Sequence record: SRR2962707_1739
Strand: one strand, 5' to 3'
DNA length: 20,000 bases
Shown: piece after piece, positions 1 to 9,069 of the stretch
Layout: every line of letters starts with the position of its first letter
Position numbering within the stretch: the first letter of the stretch is position 1
Program-made: the position numbers and the translations under genes
The notes under the pieces: generated by a model
What the model saw: only the letters and a program-made list of their open reading frames with translations
Databases searched by the model: none
Told to the model about the DNA's origin: nothing

Positions 1-2
1 GC

Positions 3-977
3 ATAGGTTTTTTGTGGATGATTCTTTGCCGATTATCCAATGTCGCCTTTCGCAAGTCTTTCGCCGTGCTTTTTGCTTATGCAGAGGCATTGGTTTTTGC
101 TTATAAATTAAAAAAAGTAGAAAAAAAATCTGGTCGTTTTGATCTTATCGTATTTCGCGGCCATGGTACCTTTAGCCACGTTTGGCCATTGAAAGATAAG
201 CGTTTTGTGTTTGTTTGCGAGAGCACTCAAAACAAGAAGCACTTTGGAAAACACTCCAAACGTATTTACTCTTTATTGTTTTCAAATCGACGCATGGTCT
301 GTGTATCTGAAGGTGCTAAGCTGTCTTTTATGGACTTGATTGAATCCTTTAATATTTCTTGTGAAAGTGTTTTGACGATTAGTAACCCAAATGATTATGA
401 ACATATTTTCCGTGAGTCCGTGAACTTAATGCCCGATGTCGCCTACCATGCAAAACCTTATATTTTGGGGTTAGGACGGTTAGTCCCAGGTAAGAATTTT
501 CCTTTGCTGATCGATGCTTATTGTTTTGCTCGTCAACATTATGGGCTCAAGCAGGACCTAGTGATTGTTGGAGAAGGAAGAGAAAAAGATACGATAAAAA
601 ACAAGATAAAAGCCTTGGGTTTGGAGGACTGCGTGTTTTTGAAAGGGCAACAAAACAACCCTTTTCCTTGGTATAAACAGGCAGATCTTTTTGTTTTAAG
701 TTCAAAAAGTGAAGGGCTAGGAATGGTGCTGATTGAAGCGCTTGCTTGTGGTACTAGTGTCGTGGCGACCAATTGTCCAGGTGGCGTTGGAGATATCATG
801 GTCGGTAAACTAAGAGATTTTTTAGCAGAGCAAACGCCAGAGTCATTAGCCCAGAAAATGATATTAGCCTTAGAGCAAGCAAAGGTTCCTGAGCTAAAAG
901 CCGATGTTGCTAAAGCACTAGAACAATTTGATGAAGAGTATATTGTTAGAAAATATCGTGATGCTTATTTAACCTAA
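3..977 (+). CDS. Glycosyltransferase family 4 (GT-B), probably LPS/surface polysaccharide; likely 5'-truncated by the window edge
   Basis: GRLVPGKN, IVGEG and ADLFVLSSKSEGLGMVLIEALACG (EX7E) motifs. The frame is open back to position 3, so the TTG at 12 is probably not the real start. Confidence 0.88.
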   Translation: MGFLWMILCRLSNVAFRKSFAVLFAYAEALVFAYKLKKVEKKSGRFDLIVFRGHGTFSHVWPLKDKRFVFVCESTQNKKHFGKHSKRIYSLLFSNRRMVCVSEGAKLSFMDLIESFNISCESVLTISNPNDYEHIFRESVNLMPDVAYHAKPYILGLGRLVPGKNFPLLIDAYCFARQHYGLKQDLVIVGEGREKDTIKNKIKALGLEDCVFLKGQQNNPFPWYKQADLFVLSSKSEGLGMVLIEALACGTSVVATNCPGGVGDIMVGKLRDFLAEQTPESLAQKMILALEQAKVPELKADVAKALEQFDEEYIVRKYRDAYLT

Positions 978-1028
978 CCTCTGTCCTTAATACACGTTTA
1001 ATGGATTGACTCAACAGATAGAATTTTT

Positions 1029-2393
1029 ATGAATAAACGAGATTATCAGTATGCTTTGCAACCAGATTGGCAAAGTAATGTTCTCTTAACTAAAAGTAAT
1101 GTTCTCTTAACTAAAAGTAATGCGTCAGAGAAAGGTGATATAAGGGCGTTAAACTTAGTGGATAAAAGTGGTTTTTTGGCTTTAGATCCAAATGAATTTA
1201 CCTGGTTATTGTCCTTCTCATACCAATCCACGAATAAGAAAAAGCAAGGATGCATTAAGATGCATTTTGGGGACTGTGCGAGCCAGTCAATGGACTATTT
1301 ACAGTTTTTTGAAGCTGGCGAGAAAGGTACAAGGTATCTTAATCTAAGTGGTTTTTTGGAAGAGACACCGCGTTCTGGCCCGTTAATCTTATCCAGTGAA
1401 AACTGCCAATTACCGACAGAAGCTAAAATATTAGGGTTTAAAAAACCAGATTTTTCAGATGGCCCTATTTTAATTGTCGCGCCTCACGCTGATGATGCAG
1501 AGCTTGCTGCCTACGGTTTTTATCACCAGCATTCCGAACAAGTGTGGATTACGACAATCAATGCAGGGCAAAATGTACAAAAGCTAGAGCGACAATATAT
1601 CTCGAATCTAGATGATAGTATGCAGGATGCGGTGTCGCGCAAGGCTAACATCCGCGCTTGGAACAGTATGACAACGCCCTTGTTAGCTGGAGTGAAACTG
1701 GAAAGGCTATCCTCTTTAGGGTATTTTGGGTTAACCAAAGATGGGCTATATAACTCGCCAAATGAAGAGCAAAAAGATTCGCATTTTCCCGCTTTGACGC
1801 CTGCGATTAGTCGAAAATGGAACCCTCTTTCTCTCCCTAGTGATGCGACCGACATAAGCTCAGGGCAATCGCTAATTGATGATTTGGTCTATTTATTAGA
1901 GCATATTAAGCCAACAACCGTTCTGATTACTGAGCCTGAAGTCGACCCTCATCCGGAGCATGTTATGTCGGCTCATGCCTTAGCACTTGCTATTGAGCAA
2001 GGGGAGCATGTCCCTGAGAGAGTGTTAATGTATGTGAATCATCTGCGTAAAATTAAGAAATTCCCTTATGGACCTGAACATGCCAGAACAGCTTTACCGC
2101 CTTGGTTTAGTGCCACCTCATTATTTGGTCAGTTCTCTTGCTACAGTTATCAGTTGGAATTAGACATGCAGAAAGAGAAAGTTGTGTCGTTTGATTCTAT
2201 GCACGATTTACGCAGCAAATCTCGCGTTGGAAAGACCATCAAGCAGTGGTGGAACAAAAAAGTTTTGAAAAATGGTTATCAGTATTATGCTGATCACGGC
2301 TATTTTCAAACGCATATAAAAGCAAATGAGGTTTTTACATTTGTAGATGGCCGGACATTCAGTCAATCGATCATTCAATCTAACGGCAAATGA
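1029..2393 (+). CDS. PIG-L/LmbE-family de-N-acetylase, resembling Pseudomonas DnpA (LPS-core locus)
   Basis: IVAPHADDAELAAYG (HxDD) and DPHPEH metal-binding motifs; lies directly after a glycosyltransferase. The DnpA resemblance is recalled, not searched. Confidence 0.8.
   Translation: MNKRDYQYALQPDWQSNVLLTKSNVLLTKSNASEKGDIRALNLVDKSGFLALDPNEFTWLLSFSYQSTNKKKQGCIKMHFGDCASQSMDYLQFFEAGEKGTRYLNLSGFLEETPRSGPLILSSENCQLPTEAKILGFKKPDFSDGPILIVAPHADDAELAAYGFYHQHSEQVWITTINAGQNVQKLERQYISNLDDSMQDAVSRKANIRAWNSMTTPLLAGVKLERLSSLGYFGLTKDGLYNSPNEEQKDSHFPALTPAISRKWNPLSLPSDATDISSGQSLIDDLVYLLEHIKPTTVLITEPEVDPHPEHVMSAHALALAIEQGEHVPERVLMYVNHLRKIKKFPYGPEHARTALPPWFSATSLFGQFSCYSYQLELDMQKEKVVSFDSMHDLRSKSRVGKTIKQWWNKKVLKNGYQYYADHGYFQTHIKANEVFTFVDGRTFSQSIIQSNGK
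1072..1122 (+). repeat. Perfect 21-bp tandem repeat, about 2.4 copies, in frame
   Basis: AAAGTAATGTTCTCTTAACTA at 1072 and 1093, partial copy AAAGTAATG at 1114; encodes SNVLLTK-SNVLLTK-SN. Confidence 0.97.
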
Positions 2394-3847
2394 ATCTCAA
2401 CCAGTAACCCGCCAAGAGGGCTGCGAGACGCTTGGATACTGCCATTATGTTGTCGGATAGCGCTTTCTGTAATGGAAAGTCCTAATCCTGTGCCACCAGA
2501 ATGGCGGTCTCTGGCTGTCGATACTCGATAAAAAGGCCTAAAAATAGCGCTCAGTTCTTCTTCTGGAACGCCTTCTCCATTGTCTTCTACTCGAATAATC
2601 AATTGATCTGATTTCGCTTCCATGGATACCTGGATGGTATCTTTTCCATAGTAGATGGCATTTCGAATAATGTTTTCCAAAGCACTCACAATAAGTTGTG
2701 GGTGGGCGTGAATATTTCGTTGAGGGATATCATTGAACGTCAGGCGTTTCCCCATCTGTTCGGCTTCAAATTGGGTGTCTTCTAGTAACCCTTCCCAAAG
2801 AAGTGGTAGCGCTAAGCTCTCTCGATTTATATGGCTATCTACTTGCATGTGAGACAGTTCCAGCAGTTTACCAATCATCTGTTCAAGCCGCTGTGCTTCG
2901 GTATCAATGCGAGTCAATTCTTGGCTTTCTCCCTGCTTTCTAACCGCTAGGGCTTGAGCCATTCTGAGACGAGTTAGGGGCGACCTTAACTCATGAGAAA
3001 TGTCAGATAAGAGACGCTGTTGTCGTGAAATCATTTGGTTTATGGCTTCAACCATTTGATTAAAGCTGGCCCCAGCCTGACGAAATTCAGACGAGCCTTT
3101 CTCCAGAGTCGGGTCTGTTTTAAATTCCCCTCTGGCAACACATTGAGCGGCTTTTTCCAATCGACGAGCCGGTTGACTTAGGGCCCAAGAAAGCCAAAGT
3201 AATAAAGGGGTGCTCACCAGCATTACCGCAAGCAACAGCTGAAATGGATGGTCAAACAATTGAAATAAGAAGCTAGGAGGGCGGTTCCATCTTTCGCCTA
3301 CGTACAACTGATACTGAGAACCTGCAAGTGTGATTGGAAGAGGCCCGGACACCATAAAACGGCCATATAAGCGTTGTTTTGGTGTGTCTGGCGTATCCAC
3401 TGAGGTGATAAAGTTACGAATCGCTCGATAAGTAAAATGCGGGGCTCGATATCGAGTCAGAATATCCCCTTTGTCATTGACGATGAAAAACATCGGTGGG
3501 GACGATTCTTTGAAATCCCATGCTCCTTTTTTCTTAGGGCGATCGTCGAACTCTGCTTTTACGTCTTCGTCAGGTTGACGCGGTGCGAAGTCATCCTTTT
3601 GAAAGGTGTTGTATCTGCTGACTAAACCCTTGGTAATCACTGATATTTTTGTATCGAGCGAAAATTGTTGCTCTATTCGGGTGCTTGTATCGAGCAATTC
3701 TTTGTATTTGTCTCTAGGAATGTCTTTTGCTTTACGAGGATCCAAGTGTTGCAGAGCGAGTACTGCCACTAAGACTAGAAACATAGTGAACCAAAAAATC
3801 GCGAAGATTCTACCGTATAAGCTGGTTATATTTGGCAGGCGCATCAT
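2375..3847 (-). CDS. cpxA: Envelope-stress sensor histidine kinase CpxA
   Basis: Two TM helices, HAMP, H-box LLSDISHELRSPLTRL, N-box ENIIRNA, G boxes DNGEG and GGTGLGL; ATGA overlap with cpxR; divergent cpxP. Confidence 0.92.
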   Translation of the reverse strand: MMRLPNITSLYGRIFAIFWFTMFLVLVAVLALQHLDPRKAKDIPRDKYKELLDTSTRIEQQFSLDTKISVITKGLVSRYNTFQKDDFAPRQPDEDVKAEFDDRPKKKGAWDFKESSPPMFFIVNDKGDILTRYRAPHFTYRAIRNFITSVDTPDTPKQRLYGRFMVSGPLPITLAGSQYQLYVGERWNRPPSFLFQLFDHPFQLLLAVMLVSTPLLLWLSWALSQPARRLEKAAQCVARGEFKTDPTLEKGSSEFRQAGASFNQMVEAINQMISRQQRLLSDISHELRSPLTRLRMAQALAVRKQGESQELTRIDTEAQRLEQMIGKLLELSHMQVDSHINRESLALPLLWEGLLEDTQFEAEQMGKRLTFNDIPQRNIHAHPQLIVSALENIIRNAIYYGKDTIQVSMEAKSDQLIIRVEDNGEGVPEEELSAIFRPFYRVSTARDRHSGGTGLGLSITESAIRQHNGSIQASRSPLGGLLVEIHLPLD

Positions 3848-4548
3848 TCTTCTTCCACTAGTAAATAACCTCGGCCGCGCAGCGTTTTGATGCGTGGTTT
3901 TTTGTTCGAGCTATCAGGAAGCTTTTTACGTAGATTAGAAACATGCATGTCTATGGCTCGATCGAAAGCGGCTAAGCGTTTACCTAGAACATCTAAGCTA
4001 AGTACTTCTTTGGTGATGATTTTGCCTGGGTGAAGTAAAAAGTGGTGAAGAAGTGCAAATTCTGTACTGGTTAAATCCAGTAGTTGCTGATTGCAATAAG
4101 CCTCAAGCTTCCCTGGGTAGAGTTGAATATCTTGGTAGGAGATATGTTCTTGGCGTTTGTCCACTTTACTGTCTTTTTTCTCTTTGATGTGTTGAGCGCG
4201 TCGGAGGATGGCGCGAATTCTAGCCAAGAGTTCACGTTCGCTAAATGGTTTAGGAAGATAATCATCCGCGCCCAGTTCAAGGCCAATTACTCGATCGATC
4301 TCATCCCCTTTGGCGGTAAGCATCAGTACTGGAACTTCCCACGTTTCGCGTAGCTGTTTTAGCGTTTCAATGCCGTTTAGTTTTGGCATCATAACGTCTA
4401 ATAAAATTAAGTCGACGCTGTCATTCATTGCTTCAAGTCCTGCTTCACCATCTTGAGCTGTGGATACGGTGAAGTTTTCGAGTATTAATACTTCTTTCAG
4501 CAAGTCGGTTAGTTCAGTATCGTCATCGATTAAGAGAATATGTGCCAT
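3844..4548 (-). CDS. cpxR: OmpR-family response regulator CpxR
   Basis: ILLIDDD, LLDVMMP (phospho-acceptor Asp), GADDYLPKPF, and winged helix FDRAIDMHVSNLRKKLP...KTLRGRGY; lies between cpxA and cpxP. Confidence 0.92.
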   Translation of the reverse strand: MAHILLIDDDTELTDLLKEVLILENFTVSTAQDGEAGLEAMNDSVDLILLDVMMPKLNGIETLKQLRETWEVPVLMLTAKGDEIDRVIGLELGADDYLPKPFSERELLARIRAILRRAQHIKEKKDSKVDKRQEHISYQDIQLYPGKLEAYCNQQLLDLTSTEFALLHHFLLHPGKIITKEVLSLDVLGKRLAAFDRAIDMHVSNLRKKLPDSSNKKPRIKTLRGRGYLLVEEE

Positions 4549-4646
4549 TCAATGTCCTTAACAAAAAAGTACTTAGTAAAGCGCGTCCTAACAATCCGCA
4601 AGAACAGAACGTTATTTTACTGTGAAATCACAATAGGCGCTGTGCC

Positions 4647-4699
4647 TTTACGATAATTTACCTTCGATAGACGTCAGTTTACCTAGCAGGTTTTATTCT
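4647..4699 (+). promoter_or_regulatory. Tandem CpxR boxes and putative -10 of the cpxP promoter
   Basis: TTTAC-GATAA-TTTAC (4647-4661) is the exact reverse complement of the CpxR consensus GTAAA-N5-GTAAA. A second box TAGAC-GTCAG-TTTAC (4668-4682) starts 21 bp later; TATTCT lies at 4694-4699. Confidence 0.85.
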
Positions 4700-4762
4700 A
4701 TACCTCATCGCCACTTCGTTATGAATAGTCATGGCGACCCTATATTTTGAGAGAGGAATAGA

Positions 4763-5254
4763 ATGATGAAAATGATTAAAAAATTAATGCTTGCTACTGT
4801 CGTGTTACCGATTGCTTTAGGTTCTGCTGGCGCCTTCGCTGGTGGTGGGAAAGACAATCAGCGTCCATCTATGGAACGTTGCCAAGCTGGGCCAATATTA
4901 AACCCTAAAGTGATAAAACGTTTGGATTTAACCGATGCTCAGAAACAGCAAATGAAAGCACTTCGACAAGCGGATCGTGCCGATAGAAAAGCGAAAAGGG
5001 ATGAGCACGAAAAACGCATTAATGGGCTATTAATGGCCGATAAATTTGATCAGTCTAAAGCTGAAGCCATGGTCAAAGAAGGTCAAAATAACCGTGTTGA
5101 GCGTCAAGTACACATGTTAGAGCAGCAGTTCAAGATGCTGAGCATTTTAACCCCAGCACAAAAAGAAAAACTGATGACTCTTAATGAAAAGCATCAGCAA
5201 AAATGCGATGAGAAAATGCACCACGGTAAAGGCGACAGAGAACAAGGTGAATAA
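4763..5254 (+). CDS. cpxP: Periplasmic CpxP/Spy-family protein
   Basis: Sec signal peptide ending in AFA; two LTxxQ motifs (LTDAQ, LTPAQ); divergent from cpxR; GAGGA Shine-Dalgarno. Confidence 0.88.
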   Translation: MMKMIKKLMLATVVLPIALGSAGAFAGGGKDNQRPSMERCQAGPILNPKVIKRLDLTDAQKQQMKALRQADRADRKAKRDEHEKRINGLLMADKFDQSKAEAMVKEGQNNRVERQVHMLEQQFKMLSILTPAQKEKLMTLNEKHQQKCDEKMHHGKGDREQGE

Positions 5255-5268
5255 GCATTTCTTATATT

Positions 5269-5298
5269 AAAAAAGGTGGCCTCAGGGCCACTTTTTTT
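5269..5298 (+). terminator. Intrinsic terminator of cpxP
   Basis: AAAAAA-GGTGGCC-TCAG-GGCCAC-TTTTTTT, starting 15 nt after the stop codon. Confidence 0.9.
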
Positions 5299-5541
5299 AT
5301 GTCTGATTTTTATGTTTTTATCCGCGCTACCGTCCGTCGGATAGCTTTTTTGTAGCTAAGAGTCATCGATTTAAGAAGGTTCCCAAGAGGGGAGATCTAG
5401 TGCACAAAGCGATGCGGTTGAGTGGCGTTTATGCAGATTGTTGAGCAAGTCGATGCCAGTAAAGTCGAGCGATTTTGTTATTTTTTTCTTACCTTTGCCC
5501 CAGTAGGATTTTGAGCATGGATGATCAACAGGAAGACAATC

Positions 5542-5964
5542 ATGATAAATAAGGTTCAGATAAAAGTAAGAGGCTACCACCTAGATATTTTTCAACATGT
5601 GAATAATGCGCGTTACCTTGAATTCCTTGAAGAAGGGCGTTGGGCATTTTTTGAGGACTTTGGTGTCGGCACAGACATGATGGCGCAAGGCATTGCTTGG
5701 GTCGTGGTGAATATCAATATTAACTTTAAAAAAGAAGCGAGTTTTGGGGATGTGTTAGAAGTTCAAACGGCCTTTTCAAAGTTGGGCAATCGAAGCATTA
5801 GCATGCAGCAAAATATTATGAACAGTAAGACCCAGGCGCTTGTCGCCGAAGCCCAAGTTACCTATGTTTGCTTTTCTCAGGCGCGAAAAGAAGCCGTAGC
5901 ACTGCCAGAAGAATATCGTCTTAAAATTGAAGAAGCGATCATCGGGCTAAATGAGCCCGCATAA
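5542..5964 (+). CDS. fadM: Acyl-CoA thioesterase, FadM/YbaW-YbgC hot-dog family
   Basis: IKVRGYHLDIFQHVNNARYLEFLEEGRW motif. Start moved to ATG 5542, which follows AGGAAG, rather than 5521. Confidence 0.78.
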   Translation: MINKVQIKVRGYHLDIFQHVNNARYLEFLEEGRWAFFEDFGVGTDMMAQGIAWVVVNININFKKEASFGDVLEVQTAFSKLGNRSISMQQNIMNSKTQALVAEAQVTYVCFSQARKEAVALPEEYRLKIEEAIIGLNEPA

Positions 5965-5972
5965 GAGCGGTT

Positions 5973-6011
5973 AAAAAAGGTGCCCTTTGCTATAAAGTAA
6001 AGCGCACCCTT
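5973..6011. terminator. Hairpin between the convergent thioesterase and VOC genes; best read as a minus-strand terminator
   Basis: GGTGC-C-CTTTGCT-ATAA-AGTAAAG-C-GCACC with an A6 tract on the left side. Confidence 0.65.
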
Positions 6012-6041
6012 ATGTGTTGTTGAACGCTTACTCGCTTAAGC

Positions 6042-6542
6042 TTAGTAGGCGCCAGCGCCGTAAGTTAGCTCGTAACTGTGGCTGTAGATTTCAAGAATGT
6101 TTCCGAAAGGGTCTTCCATATAGATCATGCGGTATGGCTTTTCCCCTGGGTAGTAATAGCGCGGCTCTTTCATGCGTTTTTTCCCACCTGCGGCAACAAT
6201 TTTCTCTGCTAGCTCTTCAAGGTTTGGATCTTGTACACAAAAATGGAAAATACCAGTCTTCCAGTATTCGAAATTATTTTCAGGGTTTTCCTGATGTTTG
6301 AATTGGAATAACTCGACACCAATACGATCGCCAGTGGAAAGGTGAGCGATGCGGAAACTTCCCCACTTAGCCCCAAAGACATCTGTACACATTTCACCAA
6401 TAGGGCTGTCGTCTTCGACGATTTCTGTTGGTTTCATGATTTCATACCAGCCTAATACGTCTGTATAAAATGCGACGGCTTTCTCTAAATCTGGGACCGA
6501 GATACCAATATGTGAAAAGCTTCTAGGGTACGCATTCGCCAT
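6042..6542 (-). CDS. VOC/glyoxalase-superfamily protein (marine lactoylglutathione-lyase-like family)
   Basis: FSHIGISVPDLEKAVAFY, VELFQF, IFHFCV and YMEDPFGNILEI motifs give H/E/H/E metal ligands; AGGAG Shine-Dalgarno. Confidence 0.88.
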   Translation of the reverse strand: MANAYPRSFSHIGISVPDLEKAVAFYTDVLGWYEIMKPTEIVEDDSPIGEMCTDVFGAKWGSFRIAHLSTGDRIGVELFQFKHQENPENNFEYWKTGIFHFCVQDPNLEELAEKIVAAGGKKRMKEPRYYYPGEKPYRMIYMEDPFGNILEIYSHSYELTYGAGAY

Positions 6543-6636
6543 TCTTTTTCTCCTGTTAGTGAATTTAATAGCAGGTTACAGGCTTCTTTAAATCATATAA
6601 AATTATTAAAAATTATAAATATGAGAAAATTTTGTA

Positions 6637-7521
6637 ATGATTAATCCCGCTTGGTTAAGAACCTTCTGCACTCTCGTGGAACGAGGGCATTTCACTCGCA
6701 CTGCAGAGAAGCTGCATATGACTCAATCTGGGGTGAGTCAACATATACGAAAATTAGAAGAGCACTTCGACACGCTTTTGCTAATGCGAGAAGGAAAGCA
6801 GTTTTCTTTGACCGATGCTGGAGAAAGGCTTTATGACGAAGCGCACCAGATCATTGCAAACCTGTCTGATCTTGATTCTAAAATCAGAGAAGACGCAACA
6901 TTTGCAGGCGTCGTTCGGATCATGTCGCCAGGCAGCATTGGTCTTAAGCTGTACCCTCATTTATTGACGCTGCAACAGGCGTTTCCTCGTTTGATAATAG
7001 ATTATCGGTTTGCTCCTAATTCTGATGTTGAGCAAGCGTTGGCCGAGCGAAAAATTGACTTTGGGATAATGTCTCGTCGCTCGACGTTGAAAGAGGTGGA
7101 CTGTCAATTGATATCCAGTGAAGCCTTGCTATTAGTGACTCCCGCCTCTTTGCCTGATCCACATTGGCAGGGGTTACTTGAGCTTGGCTTTATTGATCAT
7201 CCAGATGGCACACATCATGCTAGCTTACTTTTAAGTCAGAACTTTACTGAATTTCAAAACATGAATATGTTCGAGAAAAAAGGCTTCTCTAATCAAATTG
7301 GCTTAATTCTTGAGCCCGTTAGTCGAGGGCTGGGGTTTACTGTATTGCCTTCCCATGCGGTGAGTGCGTTTGCTAAACAATCGTTGATTTGTACAAGTGA
7401 GCTTGAAAAGCCGGTGAAAGAATCTCTTTATTTGAGTTTGAATCACAAAAAGTACGTGCGAAATCGAACTCAAACTGTCATCAATGAGGTGAATAATTGG
7501 CTAGAAAACGAGAATAAATAG
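6637..7521 (+). CDS. LysR-family transcriptional regulator, divergent from the VOC gene
   Basis: N-terminal HTH HFTRTAEKLHMTQSGVSQHIRKLE...LTDAG; 294 aa. Confidence 0.93.
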   Translation: MINPAWLRTFCTLVERGHFTRTAEKLHMTQSGVSQHIRKLEEHFDTLLLMREGKQFSLTDAGERLYDEAHQIIANLSDLDSKIREDATFAGVVRIMSPGSIGLKLYPHLLTLQQAFPRLIIDYRFAPNSDVEQALAERKIDFGIMSRRSTLKEVDCQLISSEALLLVTPASLPDPHWQGLLELGFIDHPDGTHHASLLLSQNFTEFQNMNMFEKKGFSNQIGLILEPVSRGLGFTVLPSHAVSAFAKQSLICTSELEKPVKESLYLSLNHKKYVRNRTQTVINEVNNWLENENK

Positions 7522-7728
7522 TTGTGCGATTCGTTGTGATTGTGGGAAATTAAGTGACTTAGTATATTGGCAGTTTATTGAGTTATAACAATAACTAATG
7601 GAGATGGCTTAAAAAGCACCCGTATGAGCTGCGCATTTGGTGTTATCTTTTTGTGAATTAAATTGTAAGTTTATAGCAGTGGTTTTATATAGACTATTTC
7701 GAAGTAGGTTAGCGGCTAAAGGACAGGG

Positions 7729-9051
7729 ATGATGTTTGGACGGAAGAAGGCTCAACGAGAGAACGACCTTTTACAACAAGAAGTGTTATCACTTCGCCAA
7801 GTGCGAGACCGCTTGGATCGAGAAATGCTAAGCCTGACGTTATCCGCCTCAGGTGAAGTGATCAAGGTTAATTCGCTGTTTTTGGATGAACTTGGTTTGA
7901 AAGAAGAGACTGTTTTGGGAAAGAAAATGGTCGACCTTGTCCCAGAAGATTTAAGAGATACGACTCACTTTGCATTAATGAAAGACTCGATAGCGGCGGG
8001 AAAGCATTGGTCTGGGGCGCTTCAAGTCGCTAGAGAAAATAGTAGCAATGCGTGGCTTAGAGCCATCATACAGCCTGTCAAAATGCTGGATGGGAGTATC
8101 GATTACATTTCCGTTCACGCCAACAACCTGACGCGTACAATAGAATCATCGATTGAGCATGAGAACCTGATTAAAGCATTGCAACGCTCTACCGCCGTGG
8201 TTGAATTTGATTTAGAGGGGCTCTTTATTACCGCTAATGATAAATTTCTTAAATCGATGGGGTATACGAAAGAGCAGCTTAAGGGGAAACATCACCGTAT
8301 GTTCTGCTTACAAGAGGATGCGGACTCAGAAGACTATCAAGCCTTTTGGGAAAAACTGAAGCGTGGCGAGTTTGTTGCAGGGCGTTTTCAGCGTCTTGAT
8401 AGTCGCGGTGAAACTGTGTGGTTAGAAGCGTCCTATAATCCGATTTCAAATGCACATGGTCAGTTTTATAAAGTGGTAAAATTTGCCTCAGTTGTAACCG
8501 ATCAAGTAAATCAAGAGTTGTCGATTGGTCATGCCGCTAAATTGGCTTATGAAACCTCAAAAGTGACGGATGAAACAGCCATTAACGGTAGTCGTATTAT
8601 CAAAGAGACGGTTTCTGTTATGCAGGAGTTAGCTGATCAAATGACCTCGGTCTCACAAGGCATTTCAGATCTTGATGAGCAGTCTGAAAAAGTAGGTAAT
8701 ATTATTAAAAGTATCGGTGATATTGCTGATCAAACAAACCTGCTGGCACTCAATGCCGCTATTGAAGCCGCGAGGGCCGGTGAATACGGGCGAGGTTTTG
8801 CCGTCGTTGCAGATGAAGTTAGGTTGCTTGCATCAAGAACAACAAAAGCAACGGAAGAAATTGTAGACGTTGTGCTGCGCAACCAAGAATTAGCAAAAAA
8901 TGCCGTGGGCATGGTGGAAAGCGGCCGTCAGCAAGCTGAGCGAGGGTTGGCGTTAGCAGGCGAGGCGGGCGAGGTTATTATAGACATTCAAAAAGGGGCT
9001 AAAGAAGTGGTTGGTGCCGTGAGTAAATTTGCCAACTACATAAAACCTTAA
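7729..9051 (+). CDS. Soluble PAS-PAS methyl-accepting chemotaxis protein (BdlA-like architecture)
   Basis: Two PAS/PAC domains, no TM helix, signalling motif [34 protein letters not shown]. Confidence 0.92.
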   Translation: MMFGRKKAQRENDLLQQEVLSLRQVRDRLDREMLSLTLSASGEVIKVNSLFLDELGLKEETVLGKKMVDLVPEDLRDTTHFALMKDSIAAGKHWSGALQVARENSSNAWLRAIIQPVKMLDGSIDYISVHANNLTRTIESSIEHENLIKALQRSTAVVEFDLEGLFITANDKFLKSMGYTKEQLKGKHHRMFCLQEDADSEDYQAFWEKLKRGEFVAGRFQRLDSRGETVWLEASYNPISNAHGQFYKVVKFASVVTDQVNQELSIGHAAKLAYETSKVTDETAINGSRIIKETVSVMQELADQMTSVSQGISDLDEQSEKVGNIIKSIGDIADQTNLLALNAAIEAARAGEYGRGFAVVADEVRLLASRTTKATEEIVDVVLRNQELAKNAVGMVESGRQQAERGLALAGEAGEVIIDIQKGAKEVVGAVSKFANYIKP

Positions 9052-9069
9052 TAAAACGACGGGGGAATT

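Noticed and set aside
1072..1122. Repeat as a CRISPR array or frameshifting phase-variation tract
   Set aside because: It has no spacers or cas genes, and the 21-bp unit preserves the reading frame.
5255..5298. CpxQ-like sRNA from the cpxP 3' UTR
   Set aside because: The UTR is only about 44 nt, mostly terminator, with no recognisable similarity to enterobacterial CpxQ.
5371..5580. 69-aa minus-strand ORF in the cpxP-thioesterase spacer
   Set aside because: It overlaps the thioesterase start head-to-head and has no clear Shine-Dalgarno or recognisable domain.
7522..7728. Sigma54 or sigma28 promoter, or c-di-GMP riboswitch, upstream of the chemoreceptor
   Set aside because: The TGGC sites lack a GC at the required distance, there is no GCCGATAA element, and no riboswitch consensus was recognised.
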